A program made the position numbers and the translations under genes. The notes below the pieces were generated by a model. It was not told the origin of the DNA. It made no database searches and saw nothing but the letters and a program-made list of their open reading frames with translations. DNA of 63,503 nt, counting the filler, from Actinomycetota bacterium (GTDB lineage Bacteria; Actinomycetota; Acidimicrobiia; Spongiisociales; UBA4744): assembly GCA_013152275.1 (NCBI GenBank). It is 5 parts of 5 records of this genome, joined end to end, with 100 filler letters (N's around TTAATTAATTAA, not from the genome) between each part and the next. Parts side by side here need not be neighbours in the genome. Positions count along the whole stretch, not along the records: positions 56,329 to 63,503 come from JAADGS010000002.1; 4 more parts are not named here. The stretch is one strand, 5' to 3'. Shown here piece by piece: positions 60,739-63,503 of this stretch (its first letter is position 1; each line of letters starts with the position of its first letter).

Positions 60739-60999
60739 CGACTACACATCTCTTCTGTCCGGACGAGCCGCGATGTCGCGCTGGAAACCCGCAACGCTGG
60801 TCGTGACCAAAACCAACACAGCGAACAACCGACCCCTCGCCGCCGACCGCGACGGCTCAGCACCCTCTTCTTTGTCCAACCTCCACACTCAGTTCACAAA
60901 CCGACGGACCCGACGGGACCGGGCAAGATCGTCACCACGATGGGTTTGTGTCCGGATTCGGCGGAACGTCGCGGGCAAACGACGAGAATCGTCCTGGTT

Positions 61000-61190
61000 G
61001 GGGACTCGGAGGATGGAGACGGGGTCGCGCCACGCGGCGACCATGGCTGGGGGGATGGCTGCGATCCCCGCGGCGAGAACAGCCAGGACGGCAACTGCGA
61101 CAGCAAACCCGGCGTCAGGTGCGGTTGCGGTGAGCCGCCAGATGATTGCGCCGCCGACCAAAGAGCCGACGATACTGTCAACACCTCTCG
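61000..61190 (-). pseudogene. C-terminal remnant of FtsX/MacB-type permease
   Basis: ...AAIPPAMVAAWRDPVSILRVP without start or immediate stop. Confidence 0.65.
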
Positions 61191-61214
61191 GCAGAGCCCA
61201 TATTGACGGTACTC

Positions 61215-61913
61215 CTACGGTGTCTGACCGGCTGCCGCCATCTGTTCGAACAGCGTCGTCAGGTCCCATGGACAGACCTGTTCAGCAGCCTCGTAGTCCG
61301 ATCCGCTGAGCACCTCATACGGATGCCACGACACGGCGCGATCGACATACGCTTGCTCCGAGGGCGGTTCAGACGTCGGATACCCGCGATCGATCAGACA
61401 CTGATACGTGATCAACATCGCCTGATACTGAGCGGCCAGGAACTCCTTGGACGCAGATGTGGGAGCAGCCACCAGTCCCGAATCGATCGCCGCCTGCTCA
61501 CACGCGGCCTGCACCTGCCGGAACTGATCGACCTGGGCCCCGGGCGCCGCCTCGATGGCATGTCCAGATGGGTCCAACGTCACGCTGAACCCAGCCGACT
61601 CAATGCACGAAACGATATACAGCACGTGCTCCTCACTGCCATACGGCGTCAACCCCCCGCGGAGTAGCAGGTCCGCGTACGGACCGAGCTTTTCGCGATA
61701 GTCCGGGTTCTTCGGTATCGGCACCGGCGGCGGCGCCCACCCGGCCACCGACACAACCGGGCTCGACCGCTCCGTAGTCGGCGTCTGGCTAGCGGACACC
61801 GACACGAGGGAGGTCGTCACGTCAGTGAGCGGGAGAACGTGACCCGTTCCCCCACAACCGACCAGAGTCAACGAAGTCAACGCGACAACCACAAATGTGC
61901 GCCGAATCTGCAT
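61215..61913 (-). CDS. Cys-patterned lipoprotein B
   Basis: Lipobox LVGC, CIESAGF, CLIDRGY...PPS. Confidence 0.85.
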   Translation of the reverse strand: MQIRRTFVVVALTSLTLVGCGGTGHVLPLTDVTTSLVSVSASQTPTTERSSPVVSVAGWAPPPVPIPKNPDYREKLGPYADLLLRGGLTPYGSEEHVLYIVSCIESAGFSVTLDPSGHAIEAAPGAQVDQFRQVQAACEQAAIDSGLVAAPTSASKEFLAAQYQAMLITYQCLIDRGYPTSEPPSEQAYVDRAVSWHPYEVLSGSDYEAAEQVCPWDLTTLFEQMAAAGQTP

Positions 61914-61923
61914 CACCTCAAGA

Positions 61924-62202
61924 TCAGTTCGGGCACATGGCAGCCGGATTGGTCAGATTCGGACCATTCACACTGCCGTACTGGTTGCCGGTCTCGAACC
62001 CCCAGTTGTGCGAAATCGGCACCTGTGTCGTGTCGTAGTAGTAATGGACCAGGTACCCGCCGTGCGTGTGGTCCTGCCAGTAGTCCGCGGTCCCGCGAGT
62101 GTAGAAGAAGCCACCCGTTCCACAGCTCGCGGACACATTCGCCGCTTGCGCTGGGGCTGCTGCCAACACCATGATCATCGCCATGACCATGAGCCGCTTC
62201 GT
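61924..62202 (-). CDS. Small secreted peptide B (ACG at the expected start; alternative ATG at 62190)
   Basis: Signal peptide ending AQA; paralog of 63256-63503. Confidence 0.78.
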   Translation of the reverse strand, partial: TKRLMVMAMIMVLAAAPAQAANVSASCGTGGFFYTRGTADYWQDHTHGGYLVHYYYDTTQVPISHNWGFETGNQYGSVNGPNLTNPAAMCPN

Positions 62203-62546
62203 AGTTACTCCTTCCCCGAGCGCCATCGTTCCAATCAGCATCTCTCGCACGCAACTTTCGAATGAATCTGTTTCTTCGGGACACGTGCCGACCATCGGTC
62301 ATCCAGCAGACCTATGCTGCCTTCCTTCGGAGAAGGCCCCCTCTTCTTGTCACCTCCTCCTCGGTGGGTCCTCTCGAGCGTGCCCTTCGCCTTCGTTCGG
62401 TATCGATCCTTCGCATTGGAGCTCGATATCGCCCGTCGTCTGCGCGTCACCGTCACGGCTCACACCTTTTGTCACCAACTGGCAAGCGTTTCTTGGAGCG
62501 AGCGTCGTGTTTCCAAGAAACTGGAGAGACGTCGACAGCTCGTTCC

Positions 62547-63239
62547 CTAGGGGGACGTTGCCTGACCGGACGCGACCATCTGTTCGAGGACGGGGATAAT
62601 GCTGTGGGGGCACGTCCGCTCGGCGGCTGCAAACTGCGCGTTAGCGACGCCTGAGAACGGGTCCCAGTTTGCTTGCTCAAGGAACGCCTGTTCCGATGGT
62701 GGCTCGGATGGCTGGAACCCGTGATCGATCAGGCACTGATACTGGACCAGCCTCGCCTGATACTCGGCAGCCCTGAACTCCTGGGTTGCGGGCGCGAGAG
62801 CAGCCACCAACCCCGAGTCGATCGCTGCCTGCCCACACGCGGCCCGCACTTGGTTGTACTGGTCCATCTGGGCGCCGGTCGCCACCGCGAACCCCTGACC
62901 GCCAGGGTCGAGGGTGACGGTGAACCCGGCCGACTCAATGCAGGAAGCGAGATAGCCGATGTGCTCCTCGCTGCCATATGGAACGATCCCCCCGCGAAGC
63001 AGCAAGTCGGCGTACGGTCCGAGCTTCTCCCGATACTCCGGGTCTTTGGGAGTCGGCACCGGTGGCGGCGCCCACCCCGACACCACCGTCCCCTCGCTCC
63101 CTGAGGTTGTGGGCTGCGTCGAGGGGGTCATCTCTACGTCTGACGGTGTGACATGAGAGGTTGGGGGAACGTTGGACGGTCCCCCGCACCCTGACACCAT
63201 GAGCGCCACAGACGCGACAACCACGAGCGTTCGCCGCAT
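62547..63239 (-). CDS. Cys-patterned lipoprotein A (paralog of B)
   Basis: Lipobox VSGC; shares YREKLGPYADLLLRGG, CIESAGF. Confidence 0.85.
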   Translation of the reverse strand: MRRTLVVVASVALMVSGCGGPSNVPPTSHVTPSDVEMTPSTQPTTSGSEGTVVSGWAPPPVPTPKDPEYREKLGPYADLLLRGGIVPYGSEEHIGYLASCIESAGFTVTLDPGGQGFAVATGAQMDQYNQVRAACGQAAIDSGLVAALAPATQEFRAAEYQARLVQYQCLIDHGFQPSEPPSEQAFLEQANWDPFSGVANAQFAAAERTCPHSIIPVLEQMVASGQATSP

Positions 63240-63255
63240 TGATCTCACCTCAATG

Positions 63256-63503
63256 TCAATTCGGGCACATCGCGCCCGGCGAGGTCAGATTCCCACCATT
63301 CACGCCACCGACCTGATTGCCAGTTAACCAGCCCCAATTGTGCATCTTGGTCACATGCTCCTCCGGATATGTATAGTCCACCGAGACCCCGCCGTGCGAG
63401 TGGACTTGCCAGTAGTCCGCGGTGCCGCGTGTGTAGAAGAAGCCGCCGGTTCCGCAATTGGCGGACACATTCGCCGCAAGTGCTGGTGCGGCCGCCAACA
63501 CCA
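63256..63503 (-). CDS. Small secreted peptide A (5' partial)
   Basis: ALA-ANVSANCGTGGFFYTRGTADYWQ...AMCPN. Confidence 0.8.
   Translation of the reverse strand, partial: VLAAAPALAANVSANCGTGGFFYTRGTADYWQVHSHGGVSVDYTYPEEHVTKMHNWGWLTGNQVGGVNGGNLTSPGAMCPN

Overview
High-GC actinobacterial DNA; the gene order truA-rplM-rpsI-glmM-glmS-acpS-nnr-alr-tsaEB-rimI-tsaD-groESL suggests Acidimicrobiia (inference). Five contigs are joined by artificial 100-bp N/TTAATTAATTAA linkers (7806, 38044, 45548, 56229), so adjacency across them is uninformative. Contig 1: tRNA-Asn followed by tandem integrase-less cassettes separated by attP-like junctions (tRNA 3' half plus GGACGCG arm repeats). Contig 2: housekeeping backbone with a glmS ribozyme, a 2-kb islet flanked by a duplicated glmS 3' end, GTAG-type palindromes, double CIRCE, a repeat-flanked AbiEi/DUF559 gene and a Trp-Trp leader before trpS. 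Contig 3: an ECF sigma factor frameshifted in a C9 tract, three copies of a ~53-bp promoter module, small secreted proteins each paired with a Cys-patterned lipoprotein, and an exporter. Contig 4: RpiR-regulated gamma-glutamylation/Liv-ABC catabolic operon. Contig 5: IS110 with a candidate bridge RNA, an IS3 remnant and another array of polymorphic secreted peptide + lipoprotein pairs. Best candidates for novel systems: the ECF-driven polymorphic peptide/lipoprotein cassettes and the tRNA-anchored cassette array. All calls are by eye; no searches were run.
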